Part shown: piece after piece, positions 37,380-49,080 of the stretch | Numbering within the stretch: the first letter of the stretch is position 1 | Layout of the letters: every line of letters starts with the position of its first letter | Assembly: GCA_010405405.1 (NCBI GenBank) | Contig: MU004233.1 | Coordinates: forward strand, 1,501,122-1,565,121 | Length of the DNA: 64,000 nt | Source of the DNA: Microthyrium microscopicum | Taxonomy: Eukaryota | Reading direction: 5' to 3' | The notes under the pieces: model-generated | What the model saw: only the letters and a program-made list of their open reading frames with translations | Databases searched by the model: none | Told to the model about the DNA's origin: nothing | Translations under genes and position numbers: made by a program

Positions 37380-37769
37380 GTAGGCCACGAAGAATATCTA
37401 TCAGCCTCCTATCACTTCCGGTGGCTAGTCTTTCAAGTTAGGTCTAAATCTTACCGTATTACCCGTCATTTTCTCCTTTCTCATTGATGTTGGTTGTGGT
37501 TATCACAATTTTGCCAGTTCGCCCAGTGTGTTTCACCGTGACTTGCTCCAGCTCCCATGGCATTCGTACTTCGAGTAAGCTTTCGGCGCATTGCTAGGAA
37601 ATGGAGCTTATGGTGTCCTAGGATTATCATGTCAGATACGGCATTGGATGGGAGATTTTCTGTATGGAAGAGTTGTCAATTTGACTGTTGAAGGCATTTT
37701 GACCTATCATGAACAGACTGCCAAAGACTGTTCTTCCCGAAAGGTAATGTGAGCTTCTGACATTCATGC

Positions 37770-39188
37770 TCATTCTTCCACCATTTCATGCATAACACAG
37801 TCCGTAAAGTTGTTTGTGATACACTCCCAACAGATTGCCTCAACTTGGCCCAGGATCTTATCAACAGCATCTTGCCATCCGGAGCGCAAATTATTACAAC
37901 CATAGCATACCTTGTTCGAAATCTCCCAATCGAGCAGACCCCAGCCCTTCTTCCTTAGTTGGCTCAAACCAAGGATATCGCTTCCAACTGGCAGATAAGG
38001 GTCAGTAACGCCCTCAGAATGGTCACCAATCTTTGATTGTCTCAGCTCCTCGTTGCAACTCCAGAAACACTGTAAGTCATGCTGGCCTAAACAATAAGTA
38101 TTTGCGTCACCATAACCGTGAGGCTTTAGCATGTCCAGGCCTTTTGGTCCATAGAGAACGTGATTGAAGTGCTCCGATAAGGTTTTATGCATTTTCATTC
38201 GTTGCACAAGAATTTGACTCTTGGTTTTGGCTTGGAGAAAATTAGCAGAAGGCAAATAATCAGAGGGATTGGTTTACCAAGAAGTTCCTTCGCCTTCAAA
38301 CCATATAGTGACGCGTTGCCGGATTGAACTGTCTTTACAATGCTTCGCAGAGAACCAGTAGACAGCAGAAGAGACTTGCTCAGTCTTTGGAATAGCTCGG
38401 AATTGTTGATCATCAAGGAGTTGAGGCAGATACTGAACATCAGTTGAGTGAGACGCGCGTTGAACTCTGACTGTCGGATATGTTTCTGAAAGCCAGGCTC
38501 AACTGACCGAGTATGATGGATTTTGGCGCTATGAAGCTGCTCAAACCAGTTTGCAAGGTTTGTGATCCAAGCACCGAGGAAAATGCTGCAAGGTTCGATG
38601 ATCGCGTACTTGTCACATACCGTAATAAACGAAGCCATTCGCTCCGCCTCTCGTTCGGCTGTTTCAAGCTGCTCGTCGCATACCTCTTTGGAAGCCGATG
38701 TCGAGTGATGGATAGCTTTGGGCATCACTGCCTGGTGATAGAGGATTTCGCACAAGAACGTGGTTGGCTCGAACAGATCTTCGGGTAATTCCAATTGGTA
38801 CGGATTTTGGCTCTGTGACAAGTTAGTGAATAATGCCCATCAGCGCTGGCGGTCACCATAAAATGCGATCCATCCCACAGTGGCACCGACTCCCAGAAGT
38901 GCAATAGTCATTTCACAGACAATCCTGTCTTTGATATCTTTGAGATGCTGTGGTAATCCACATAGTCCGCTGAATATCAAGGCTTACCTTGACTGCAAGT
39001 GCAAAATGGACTGCCTCTTTCCAAGGACCTTGAAAGATTGTGCGGAAAACAGAAGAGTACATGGCTAATAGCATTGTCGAAACCTGAATACGCCCTTGAT
39101 GGGGGTCTTTTCCAACCACCAAGATCACGTCACCCTTTTCATCGATGGTGATTTCTTGCGCCGTCGCGGAGGGAGGATCGTTTGCCAT
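37770..39188 (-). CDS. BTB/POZ domain protein (paralogue 3)
   Basis: IDEKGDVILVVG..IQVSTMLLAMYSSVFRTIFQGPWKEA, LELPED..LCEILYHQ, CDKYA, C-terminal CYGC..AICWEC..C..H. Confidence 0.8.
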
Positions 39189-40515
39189 GATTGATTTTTG
39201 AGTCGATATGCTGAATTTGGTTGGCTGAAAGTATCGTGCCAGAAACTGTGAGTGTGTGGAAGCGACAGGATCATGGCAAGATTAAATAAGAGACTGGAAG
39301 AATTAAAATCACACCGAAGTGAAGTTGTGCTGCTAAAAAGAGGATTTCAAGCAGTGAGAAGTGTTAGAGTGCCAATGAGACTTGATATCTGACTTGATGA
39401 ACCATCAAGGAGATACTTGCCAGGAAGTGAAGTGACGTAAAGCAAAGGCTGAGCGTACTTGATGAGAAGGAGCTACCTTGGGTCCTAGTTTTAGTGGGCT
39501 TGAAAAGAAATCTTTACATAGAGTAAGTAGCATGCTCCCACATACCTACTTCTTTGGTCGCCATCACCTGCTGAAAAGAGAACAGGGTCTGTCTCCCACC
39601 AAGTACGAAAGAAGAAGATAAGAAGCATCGCATTTTATGGGACAATAAGTTCAAGGTTTTCTTAAAGTTTGATGGCGGCCATCACAGTGTGCGGGACTTC
39701 ATCAAGTCGCTTGTCCTCATGCTGAGAGAAACTTCCCCCAAGGAAGGTTGAAGATATAACAGTTGTCATGGAGGACAAATGTGTGCTAGCTGAAGGAAGC
39801 TTTGAATCCCACCCTTCCATATTTGCAAGTCTTGAGATTCATGTTCTTATAAATTTACAGACAAGGATAAACATTGTGTATACAACAGCCGTTCATACTT
39901 CAAGCAAATCAATTACAGATGTTACGGGATCTATGATAGACATACTTGTTGGAGCAGCGGCAGTTCAACTGACATAGATCTGTTCGACTCAAAATTAGAA
40001 CCCATGGTTTCAGCCTCAACTCTTCTGCATTTTCTGAAAAACTTGAAGTCGTGACTAGAGAGAAGCTCAAGAAACCAAAATCAATTTTTAGCTTCGTAGA
40101 CCAGCTCTGTATTCAGATCAATGATAGGGCAATCCACCCAAAAGCCACCCCCAGATTCGTCTCATATCCCAACAACGAGTATAGATGGGGAACCCTACAC
40201 TTGACAAATTGACAACACCTGATAATTTCGCAGTCGTCAATCATCAAACCATTGGTGGAAAACTACAGGGTCCAGCCATTTCTCCCAAGCAACGTAATTT
40301 ATACGCAGCATCATCGCACACTCTCGACCAACCGGCGCTTTTCCCTCCCCATCCCTTGATGAATACCTCCGGACAAGTAACCCAATACTGAAATTCGATT
40401 TCTGTGGGGGGAAGGTGGACAGCATGGCACTCTCATATAATGTCCTGTCAAGGCCCGTGTTTTGCATATTGCATCTTCCAACTACAACGCTCTTTTGATA
40501 TATCACCACACGACC

Positions 40516-41533
40516 ATGGTTGGCTTTTCTTCAGTCATTGTTCCGCTTTATGCTCTGTTGTCCGGTGTGGCTGCTCATGGAAGTCTCAAGGCGGTGGAGG
40601 TGAATGGGAAGAAGTACATGGCGTGGCAGATCAATGCGGATCCGTATGAGAAGGGTCCACTGGTGCGATATGCGAGACGAGTGTTAAATGAGGGACCAGT
40701 CAAGGACTTTACGGGCAAAGGAATCACGTACATGTAGCTCATTTTGAGATTGTTCATGATTTGCTGATGCTAAGCAGTTGTGGTGATGCGGGCAACCAAG
40801 CTGCTGCTGGAATCATTCCAGTCAATGCAGGCGACAAAGTGTAAGCTTAGACATTCTCCCACTAAAAGCCGTTTGGGAGGAGAATATAGTCTTACTAACC
40901 ATGAATAATAGTAAATTGATCTGGGACCAGTGGGGCTCATCGCATAGCGGTCCAGTGATGGAGTTCGTAATTCCCTAACATCGAGCGAGCACAATCTAAC
41001 AGACAACAGTTACATGGCAAAATGCACCGGCAGCGATAACTGTGCTTCGTTCAAGGGAGACTCAGGTCCAGTCTGGGTCAAGATCGATCAAGCAGGCTAC
41101 GATACAAAGCTAAACCCACCATGGGCGTCCGACAGACTAGGAAGACAAAACGCGACGTGGACAACGACCATACCGAAGAGCCTCGCACCCGGCGACTATC
41201 TCTTGCGACATGAGATTCTGGGTCTACACGTTGCTGGAAAGAGAATGGGTGCACAATTTTACCCGTAAGTCGATACTGATATGTGATTAAGAGGGGTGCT
41301 AATGTTGTAGGACCTGTGTTCAAATCAAGTTGACTAGCTCTGGTACTGCCAATCCTAAGGGCATTGCGCTTCCAGGAGCTTATCAACCAGATGATAAAGG
41401 CGTAAGTACTTTTGGTTTAATAACGGTGGTCCTCGACTGACTGTTGGTGCAGATTCTTGTTGAGCTCTGGAGAGTTAACCAAGGACAAGTACAATACACT
41501 CCACCTGGAGGTCCTGTTTGGAACGGAGTCTAA
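40516..41533 (+). CDS. AA9 (GH61) lytic polysaccharide monooxygenase, secreted
   Basis: Signal peptide ending VAA|HG (His1), SSHSGPV (second His), YMAKC, WVKIDQAG, IPKSLAPGDYLLRHEILGLH, GAQFYP, CVQIKL, LPGAY, PPGGPVW. Multiple short introns. Confidence 0.93.
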
Positions 41534-41642
41534 GAGTAAGTGGAAATATACATAAGCATAAACAAAATATAGCATACAATTACATCCTGTAAATGTGAAT
41601 ATAGCGCTTATGAAAATCCTACATGGCATCCCAGACAAGATA

Positions 41643-43026
41643 TCAAGCATGACTGGAACAATCATCAAAGCCTTTCAAGACACAATTCAGACAAAGCCCT
41701 TCTATTGACTCCAGGAATGATTCCAGGCTTTTCTTCAATGCCTTCCCGACATCAAATGTACAAGCTCGACAAGAGGCACTGTCACTCACCTTGATGCCTT
41801 TCAGAGAATCCAGTGTAGCAAATGGTTTGATCTTGACTTTGCCAAGACAGTCGACCGTGTACCACAAAGTAGCACCGTGGTTTTTTTGATCCTCATCAGG
41901 TAAAAGGTATTTGTTGATAGCAGTGGCGAAGCCTCCCATGAGCATAATATCGTGAGTTCCCAACCGATAAGCCTCGAACGTACGCCGCATGGATTCAAGG
42001 GTGAGCTCTGGACTACATTTAGGCCCTTTGAAGTACCCATGGATAGGCAGCAATCTGATATCATCCAGAACATCTTGTGTTTGACCTATGCAGAGTAGGT
42101 CTTTGAGATTGGTGAGTAGACCATGTAGACCTTCCCGGTTCTCTCTGTTCCGGCGGTACACAAAATCTGATCATGTTAGTATTGAGCATATGACTATCAA
42201 GGATACTGCGTACCGACAAACGCATCCGGTAAGCCAGGGTATTTGTGCTCTATCTCCGCCCGCCAGTTTTGTAGCCCTTGATAGTTACAGCCCCGTAACA
42301 ACAGATTTTGAGTAACTTCTTCAAAGATTTGATCTTGTCTCAACAGAGCTGCAATTTCACAAAGATCTAGACGTAGCCAAAACTGCCGCCCTGGTATGAC
42401 TCCACCAAAAGATTCTCCATTACTCCAACGGGAAAGTTGAGTCAACCAGTTGCCCGCAAAGTGAGTGGTCACTGCAGTCAGTTGATACTTGTCTGCTGCC
42501 AGCGCAAATTTGCGAAAGAAGTGGACTTCGGGCTCCAGCTTGTCAAAGTTTGATTGAGTCTTGGTAACTTTACCAGTCAACCATTTTGGTGGACTGCGAC
42601 CTTGGTGGTGAATGAGGTCGCATAATGTAGCTATTGCGAGATAGTCGTCGTCCGGTAAATGAAGCTCGTATGGCTTATTCGACCTGTGTCATTATCAACT
42701 CGTCGTTTCTAAGATTGTTGTCAGAACACTTACGACTTGAAATCTACGGCCTCCTTGAACCTGCCATTAAGCATGATCTGGAAGACAGTAGACACTGGCG
42801 CCAGGCTCGCGGATGCAAGTTTAATCTTCTGACGTAGCTCTCCGACAACCAATATCAAATCTCCAGAAGGTTGAAAGACTTTCATTGCAGCGTTATTTGA
42901 GACTTTATTGACTGGCATATCCACTGCCTTGTCCATGGGCTCGTCAATATGTGTCGTTGACCAAGCTGTTCTTTGAATATGTGAATCTCTAATCGCGGCC
43001 AGTAAGAGAGAACTTTGCGAAGCCAT
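41643..43026 (-). CDS. BTB/POZ domain protein (paralogue 4)
   Basis: QPSGDLILVVG..IKLASASLAPVSTVFQIMLNGRFKEA, ELHLPDDD..LCDLIHHQ, ADKYQ, C-terminal CRAC..GLCLNC..C..H. Confidence 0.8.
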
Positions 43027-43763
43027 TCCTGTAGTTTCGTTATTGGTTCATATATGACTTGTGAGAATGAGTAACCCGAGGGAACTTGGGGGATCATTGG
43101 AACTTATATGACTCGCTGGCAATCTTGTCAGGCAGGCTGCTCAACTTCAGCCATACTAGAGCGAATACACTTAACCCTTCAGACTGTGCTCCCGATAGCT
43201 CGCTGCCGAGTGGCTTATCGGATGTATTCAACATCTATCCTGTCTCAAGGCAGCTACATGGAACGAGGATTCGATCCAACCTGCTTCCGGTCACCGTCAA
43301 GCCTCAATTCGGCTAGGTTCATGTACTCAGCCTTATTGATGCACAGGTGTGGCTCAAAGCTCTGATATTGTGGCTGGTAAAGCTAGCGATTAGGTAAACA
43401 AAACGAGATTAATTCAGCAAGGATTACTCCCAAATGAGCTTAGTGCATGCGCTGGCTCAGCAAGCTCCAGACGTCGATTGGTTGCTAGAAACCCCTGTCC
43501 CCAGCCTCCTTTGAAGAAGTAAACATGTGTAGCGCTCCAGCCAACACAACATCAGGACGATAAACTCTCCTCTTGTCTCTTGTCGCTCACCAGAGCGCCT
43601 CGCTGTTTACACTTGCATCGCACGTGGCTGAATCTCAGCTCCAACTCCCTAAATCTTCAATCACACATCAACTTCAACGCATCCGACACGTCGCAGCGCC
43701 ATTGAGACACCCCATTGACACCCCTCAACCACCCGCGTTGTTGCTCCATACACCTCTCCAGCA

Positions 43764-45051
43764 ATGCCCCGACACGAGGGACTCGGCTTCGGTCTAGGAG
43801 CGCTCAGTCTTGGTGCCGTCGTCAGTGCCGTCGCGGGAACCCACAAGATAATCGAGGCCCTCGTAGAGCTTCGCAAGCTGCACGACGTTGGCAAGGATAA
43901 CATGATCTTTGTGCGCATTATTGATCGAGTCCGCGTGGATTTGACCGAGACTGAGCGTCTACTTGCTCACAAGGATGTCAAGTATGCGCTTTCCAAGTCG
44001 CCGGAGAAGGTCGCGTGGATTCACAAGACTATCACTGCTGTTCGCGAGGCGCTGCAAGAAATGAACGGGTATACTATGCGCGTGCGAAAAGATACAGATC
44101 GTGGTAGATGGGTTGGACTCAGAAATCGCATTTACTGGCGCATGGAGGAATTGGAAAAACTGGAAGTGCATTCCATGGAGGTTGCAAGATGTCATGAGAG
44201 TCTGCTCCAGGTCTTGACTTTCTTGGGCACTCTGGAACCTTTGCCAGCGGTTGACCAGGAACAGGAGAAACATCGCTCAGGCAGACACGATACCCAGCAA
44301 AATGACTTCAGATACAAGGAGGAGAGATACATTGAGCCTCAGTACAAGGAGACCAGATTCAAGGAGGAGCGATATATTGAACCGCGCTACGAAGAAAGAG
44401 AAGCCGTTTACGAGGAACGTCCCCGCCGCGGTGGCTACGAAGAGGAGCGATATGTGGAGCAGCGCAAGGTTGGCAACTTTGACGGTAACTTTAGCCAACG
44501 GATTCCTGTACAAAGGGATACTCTTTCTGATATTCGCGAAGGACATTTTGTCGAACGCGACATGGAGCGGACCATTGAAGTCGAGGACCCACGTTATGGC
44601 CGGACACTGGACCGCGAGTTCGACCGCCGAGTTGAGGAAGAGCGTGGTCCCCGCGGCTACCGTGACTCATACGAAGAAGATCGCTATGTGGAGCGCGACT
44701 ATGAGGCACGAGCCGAACCACGCTATAGAGAGGAGATCCGCGAGGAGCGATTCGTTGAGCGCGATGAAGAAGAGCCACACCATCACGTACATAAGCATGT
44801 ACACAAGCATGTTCACCGAGGACATGATGGTAGACGTGAAGAAACCGAGGAACGATACATCGATATGGATAGAAGAGCGGAGGTTCGCCATCGCCATCCT
44901 GGACATGGACACAACGAGCGCGACGAGGTATGCATACTTTCCTACATATATTGATGATGAGACTAACAATATGCAGCATGTTACCATTTCCCGAGAAGAA
45001 TATCGCTCTGACGACGGCGGCCGCGGTTTCCGTCTTCGTAGTCGAATTTAG
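43764..45051 (+). CDS. Protein with HeLo/SesA-like N-terminal helical domain and E/R/Y-rich repetitive C-terminus
   Basis: Exon 1 43764-44927, intron 44928-44976, exon 2 HVTISREEY..RSRI*. N-terminal GLGALSLGAVVSAVAG..KII, motif RIYW..EELEKL..CHESL, repeats EERY(I/V)E and HVHKHVHKHVH. Confidence 0.7.
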
Positions 45052-45522
45052 CCGCATTATGCTGTTAGAGTTGGATTTGGCTCTATTTCGCTGTTCTTAA
45101 ATATGTTGATCAACCAAGTTCTTCATGTATCTTGCTACTGCAGTCCCTTCTTGTATTCAGTGCTAATGAAAACAATTTTGTCAATATACCAGAATTCAAA
45201 ATACTCCACGTCGCAGCGAACGTGCTACGAAACCTATCGAACTCCGCAAGCTCGTCTTGAGACCAAGCGCAGTCGTATTCATCCAGATCAACAATGCCCC
45301 TGTTATCTTTCTTTCTCGTCACAAAGCACAATACCACGGGCATGAATACTATACATCTGAACCAACGCACATCGTCTTCCATATAAAATATGCCCATTCC
45401 GGTGAACCTACTCAACATCCTCTCTATCGCCGTAGATTTTCTTCGACACTGAATACTCGTCATAATATAATTTCAGTTCCAAGTTCATTTTAGTGGAAAT
45501 CCACTTGTTCGAGACATAACCG

Positions 45523-45576
45523 CTTTGTTCCTGCAACTCCTTGTCTCTTTGTGATATCACCACAATCTCATTATCT
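45523..45576 (+). promoter_or_regulatory. Conserved upstream element of the orphan array (copies also at ~46559-46608, 47675-47731, 48914-48970)
   Basis: Consensus CTTTGT..CAACTCCTTGTCTCTTTGT-N~9-ACAATCTC about 120-200 bp upstream of each ATG. 17 bp are identical between 45534-45550 and 47693-47709. Confidence 0.65.
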
Positions 45577-45697
45577 ACCTTGTTATACAAGTCGCTTAAT
45601 GAAAGATTATAAAATACCAAGATCTTCCGGATTTCAAGAGCATAGAGAACTTTAACGAATCATTCCCCAAAACCCTTCCAAATATCAACCTCTGACC

Positions 45698-46477
45698 ATG
45701 GCCCGACGTTTTATTGCCCGCCCGGTATTTGCAGATAAGCTAACAACTGATGAACGGATTAAGATCAATAAGAAAAACAGAGCTAATATCAACCAGCAAG
45801 TAGATGTTGCCTCTTCTTCATCGGAACCGCAGATCATCCAGTTCAATAGCAGGTCTCCGGTCTCACTTAGGTCTAAGAGGTCCCAACGTAAACGCTATGA
45901 GTATATCCAAACCAAACTTTACAAGGAAGTTCTCTCCTACAACCACGAGCTCACAGAAGAGAACCAATTGACCTATTCCATGGCCTTGGGAGATGGCGAT
46001 GGCCCCATGACTGACTCAAGCCCCGAATCTTCCTCACCTTATTCTTACGAGATTCATCGCACAGATAGCTTTCTAACCGTGCTCGTCCGTTTAGCTAATG
46101 TGCCTTTCGAATCGGAATGGCAAGACCCCTACGAGCTTGAGTTCCCTCGCCCTGGCAGGAACGGGCCGGCCATCTACGGCGGTGCAGTTGTCGGGCCAGT
46201 GTTTGTTATTATTGTCAAGGTGAGCCCAGCTGCTCAGTTTGGACCAGGCGAGAAATGGCAACAGGACGGAAACTTCCAGTCCATAGCCTCCTCCCAAAGA
46301 GGTGAGAAGCTACGACTACAGAGCCAGGTCATTGTGAACAATGACTTCATTCGTGTCAACATGGGTACATGGAGCTCCATGTTTAGTTTGACGGTTGACC
46401 GTGAGACTGGTCAGCGATTCCTTTTTCCTGGGTTTGTGGACAGTGTGCGAAATTCGCAGGTGAGAAGACTCGAGTAG
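45698..46477 (+). CDS. Orphan family 'SSPEPQ/DGP/AIYG/KVSP/DRETG' protein, copy 1
   Basis: 259-aa ORF sharing ordered motifs with the three downstream ORFs. Confidence 0.75.
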   Translation: MARRFIARPVFADKLTTDERIKINKKNRANINQQVDVASSSSEPQIIQFNSRSPVSLRSKRSQRKRYEYIQTKLYKEVLSYNHELTEENQLTYSMALGDGDGPMTDSSPESSSPYSYEIHRTDSFLTVLVRLANVPFESEWQDPYELEFPRPGRNGPAIYGGAVVGPVFVIIVKVSPAAQFGPGEKWQQDGNFQSIASSQRGEKLRLQSQVIVNNDFIRVNMGTWSSMFSLTVDRETGQRFLFPGFVDSVRNSQVRRLE

Positions 46478-46733
46478 TCGATCCAAGAGAATAAATCACT
46501 AAGTAAATGAACAGCAGGCTGTTTTGGCATTGTTTGAATCTATGGCTCTTCCTTTTTTTGCAATCCTTTTGTCTCCTTGTGATGAACTTAAACAATCCCA
46601 TTGTCTACGTTTACCACACCCCAATACATTGCCTTTGTCAAGGTTTAAAACTTGAGCATATATAGGTCCTGATATCCCAACTTTTTCGGGACATGAAAAC
46701 AACTTCTAAGAAACCACAACACGCATACCCACG

Positions 46734-47540
46734 ATGTTCCCCGTCAAACCCAGCTGGGAGTTCGGAACCAAGGATTCATGGTTCAGGGCAGAGGACGAAG
46801 AAGAGAGGAAACTAAACGTATATTTCAGCAATCAAGCAGTAGAGGCCGCATCTTCCTCTCCGGAGCCTCAGGTTATTCATTACAGAAAGCATCCTGTTAC
46901 ACCCGAATGCTTCCTCGCTAAATTTGCCAAAAAGAAGAAAGACAGCTTTTCATTCCACAAGTTTGCTCTCAAACGCAGCCACAAGGTCGGACCTGCCACT
47001 ATCGAGGATTGCAATGAAGCAGATGGCCCTGTTATCGACGAGAGTGCCAGAGAGCCACGGTCCCGCTTTGAATGGGAGGTGCGAAGCAATGAGAACTTTC
47101 TGACGGTATTTGCCGCCCTTGGAAGTGTATTTGCACAAGAAATGGATAATGGGATTGAATTCCCTAAAAGCGGCAAAGCAATCTATGGCACTGCTTATGC
47201 TTCTAACGGCGACCTTTCAATTGTCCTTAAGGTAAGTCCGGCAGCTCGCTTTCAAGCAGGAGAGGTCTGGGAAGAGAATGGTTACTTTGGTTCTGCCCTC
47301 TTCAAAACTCTGGTGACTAACGAGCACGTCAGGCTCATTATCAATCATGAAGATCTGGAGCACATGGTCCTCATTGATCGTAAGACTGGTCACTCGCTTC
47401 TTCCTGCTGACTTACCGAACGGAGAAAATTCAATGATAAGTAATCCAGCAGAAGAAAGTGGAGAGTACAAGCACTATGTTGTGAAGGAGACAACAGATAA
47501 ACCAGAGATGCGAATGCGGTGGCAACCAAAATGGCCTTAG
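46734..47540 (+). CDS. Orphan family protein, copy 2
   Basis: 268 aa: SSSPEPQVI, DGPVID, IEFP..GKAIYG, LKVSP, IDRKTG. Confidence 0.75.
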   Translation: MFPVKPSWEFGTKDSWFRAEDEEERKLNVYFSNQAVEAASSSPEPQVIHYRKHPVTPECFLAKFAKKKKDSFSFHKFALKRSHKVGPATIEDCNEADGPVIDESAREPRSRFEWEVRSNENFLTVFAALGSVFAQEMDNGIEFPKSGKAIYGTAYASNGDLSIVLKVSPAARFQAGEVWEENGYFGSALFKTLVTNEHVRLIINHEDLEHMVLIDRKTGHSLLPADLPNGENSMISNPAEESGEYKHYVVKETTDKPEMRMRWQPKWP

Positions 47541-47875
47541 TTGTTGTCTCTTAGTACATTTCAAAATTGCATGGTCTGGAACCTGTAATACTAAATTTGA
47601 ACGTGAAATGGCGAGTGTGTCCACTGCGCTCTACAACAAGCCTTCGTACAGCGGGTCCATATAGCTTGAATTGAATCAATTCCTTTTGTCCCCAACTCCT
47701 TGTCTCTTTATGTATCTCGACAATCTCCTTGTTCTGCTCTCAGTATACCAACGTTGTCTTTGTAAGATTTTAGTATATGTAGTCGCCGATATCTCGAAAT
47801 GTGAAAGGTATGAAAAATCCCTAACAGTCCACGCCACACCTTTTCAGAATTCATCCTATCGTGCCGAAAGATTAT

Positions 47876-48541
47876 ATGGATAAACAATCGATAGAGAAGA
47901 AGCATCAAACGCTCAAAGAGCATAATAGACTGGCTATCAATCGAGATGTAGATACCGCAGCATCATCTCCAGAACCACAGGTTGTTCACTTCAAAAGAAC
48001 TCCGGTCTCCCCCAAGTGTTACGTTTTCCGTTCGCGTAAGCCATACAAAAAGAAAGACCAGTCCCGTAATCTCGAAAAGCAGGTCGTTACAAGGAACCAT
48101 AACATAGAGCCCTACAAATATCCAAGCTTCACTTTGGTCTGCAACGAATTCGATGGTCCCATAATTGACCAAAGCCATGCCCGCTCACTGCCCTTTACAT
48201 ACCAAACTCGAAAAACGGATAAGTATCTGAGTGTGGCCGTCTCATACCAAGATGCGTTTCGCAGCACGGCGACAGACTGCATCGAGTTCCCTCACCAGGG
48301 CGGCAAAGCTATCTACGGTGGCGCTTTTGCTGATGGTGACTTTGGAGTCGTTCTCAAGGTAAGTCCGACAGCTCGGTTTGATCGGGGCACGACTTGGAAA
48401 GTGTTTGGAGGCTTGGATTCCGCTCTGTATGAGGTCCAAGTTACTAACGAGTACATCAGCATCACCATTTGTGTTGGAGTCCTTGAGTACTCGGTGCCTA
48501 TTTCTCGTGAAACGGGTCGTTACAAGAGTCTACCTGCGTAG
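47876..48541 (+). CDS. Orphan family protein, copy 3
   Basis: ATG at 47876 (the track's 47861 start is GTG). ASSPEPQVV, RNH, DGPIID, IEFP..GKAIYGGA, LKVSP, ISRETG. Confidence 0.75.
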   Translation: MDKQSIEKKHQTLKEHNRLAINRDVDTAASSPEPQVVHFKRTPVSPKCYVFRSRKPYKKKDQSRNLEKQVVTRNHNIEPYKYPSFTLVCNEFDGPIIDQSHARSLPFTYQTRKTDKYLSVAVSYQDAFRSTATDCIEFPHQGGKAIYGGAFADGDFGVVLKVSPTARFDRGTTWKVFGGLDSALYEVQVTNEYISITICVGVLEYSVPISRETGRYKSLPA

Positions 48542-49080
48542 ATGAGTAGGGCAGGAATGAAGATCGAGGTAAGTACAGATGCAACAGCAGAAAGAGGAGG
48601 ATAGAAGGACTAGAGATACGACCACGGTGGTCACCAAAGTGGCTTCAGCAATATCTCTTGATCAAACCTAACATGTAGGAATCCAGTCATGCTATCAAGC
48701 TTGTCAGCAAGAGCTGGTTTCCAAATTATGGAACAATGGTCTTAGTTTTTTGAGAGACCAGTAAGCAACTCATATTATGACTGATTCAATAGGAACTACA
48801 AAAGAATTTCAGCACACTGTATAGACTTGATAGCGAGTTCCATTCCCTCTTGCCATTACTGCACTCATAATAGGTCAACAAGGAGCACGCTGATATAGCG
48901 TGCATCGTATGAAATCAATTCCTTTGTCCCCAGCTCTCTTGTGTCTTTGTTATCTTTGAACAATCTCTTTATTTTATCTTTGTCGTAGTTAATTTACAGG
49001 CGAGCAAAATGTACATATGCCCATGAGACTCCGAGGAAGAGGCAGAGCATACCAGATATCGCTGCTCTTGAGACCTCATA

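Noticed and set aside
45110..45620. Minus-strand ORFs of 117 and 70 aa as a fifth orphan paralogue or pseudogene
   Set aside because: They lack the family motifs, and the 70-aa ORF overlaps the conserved promoter element of copy 1.
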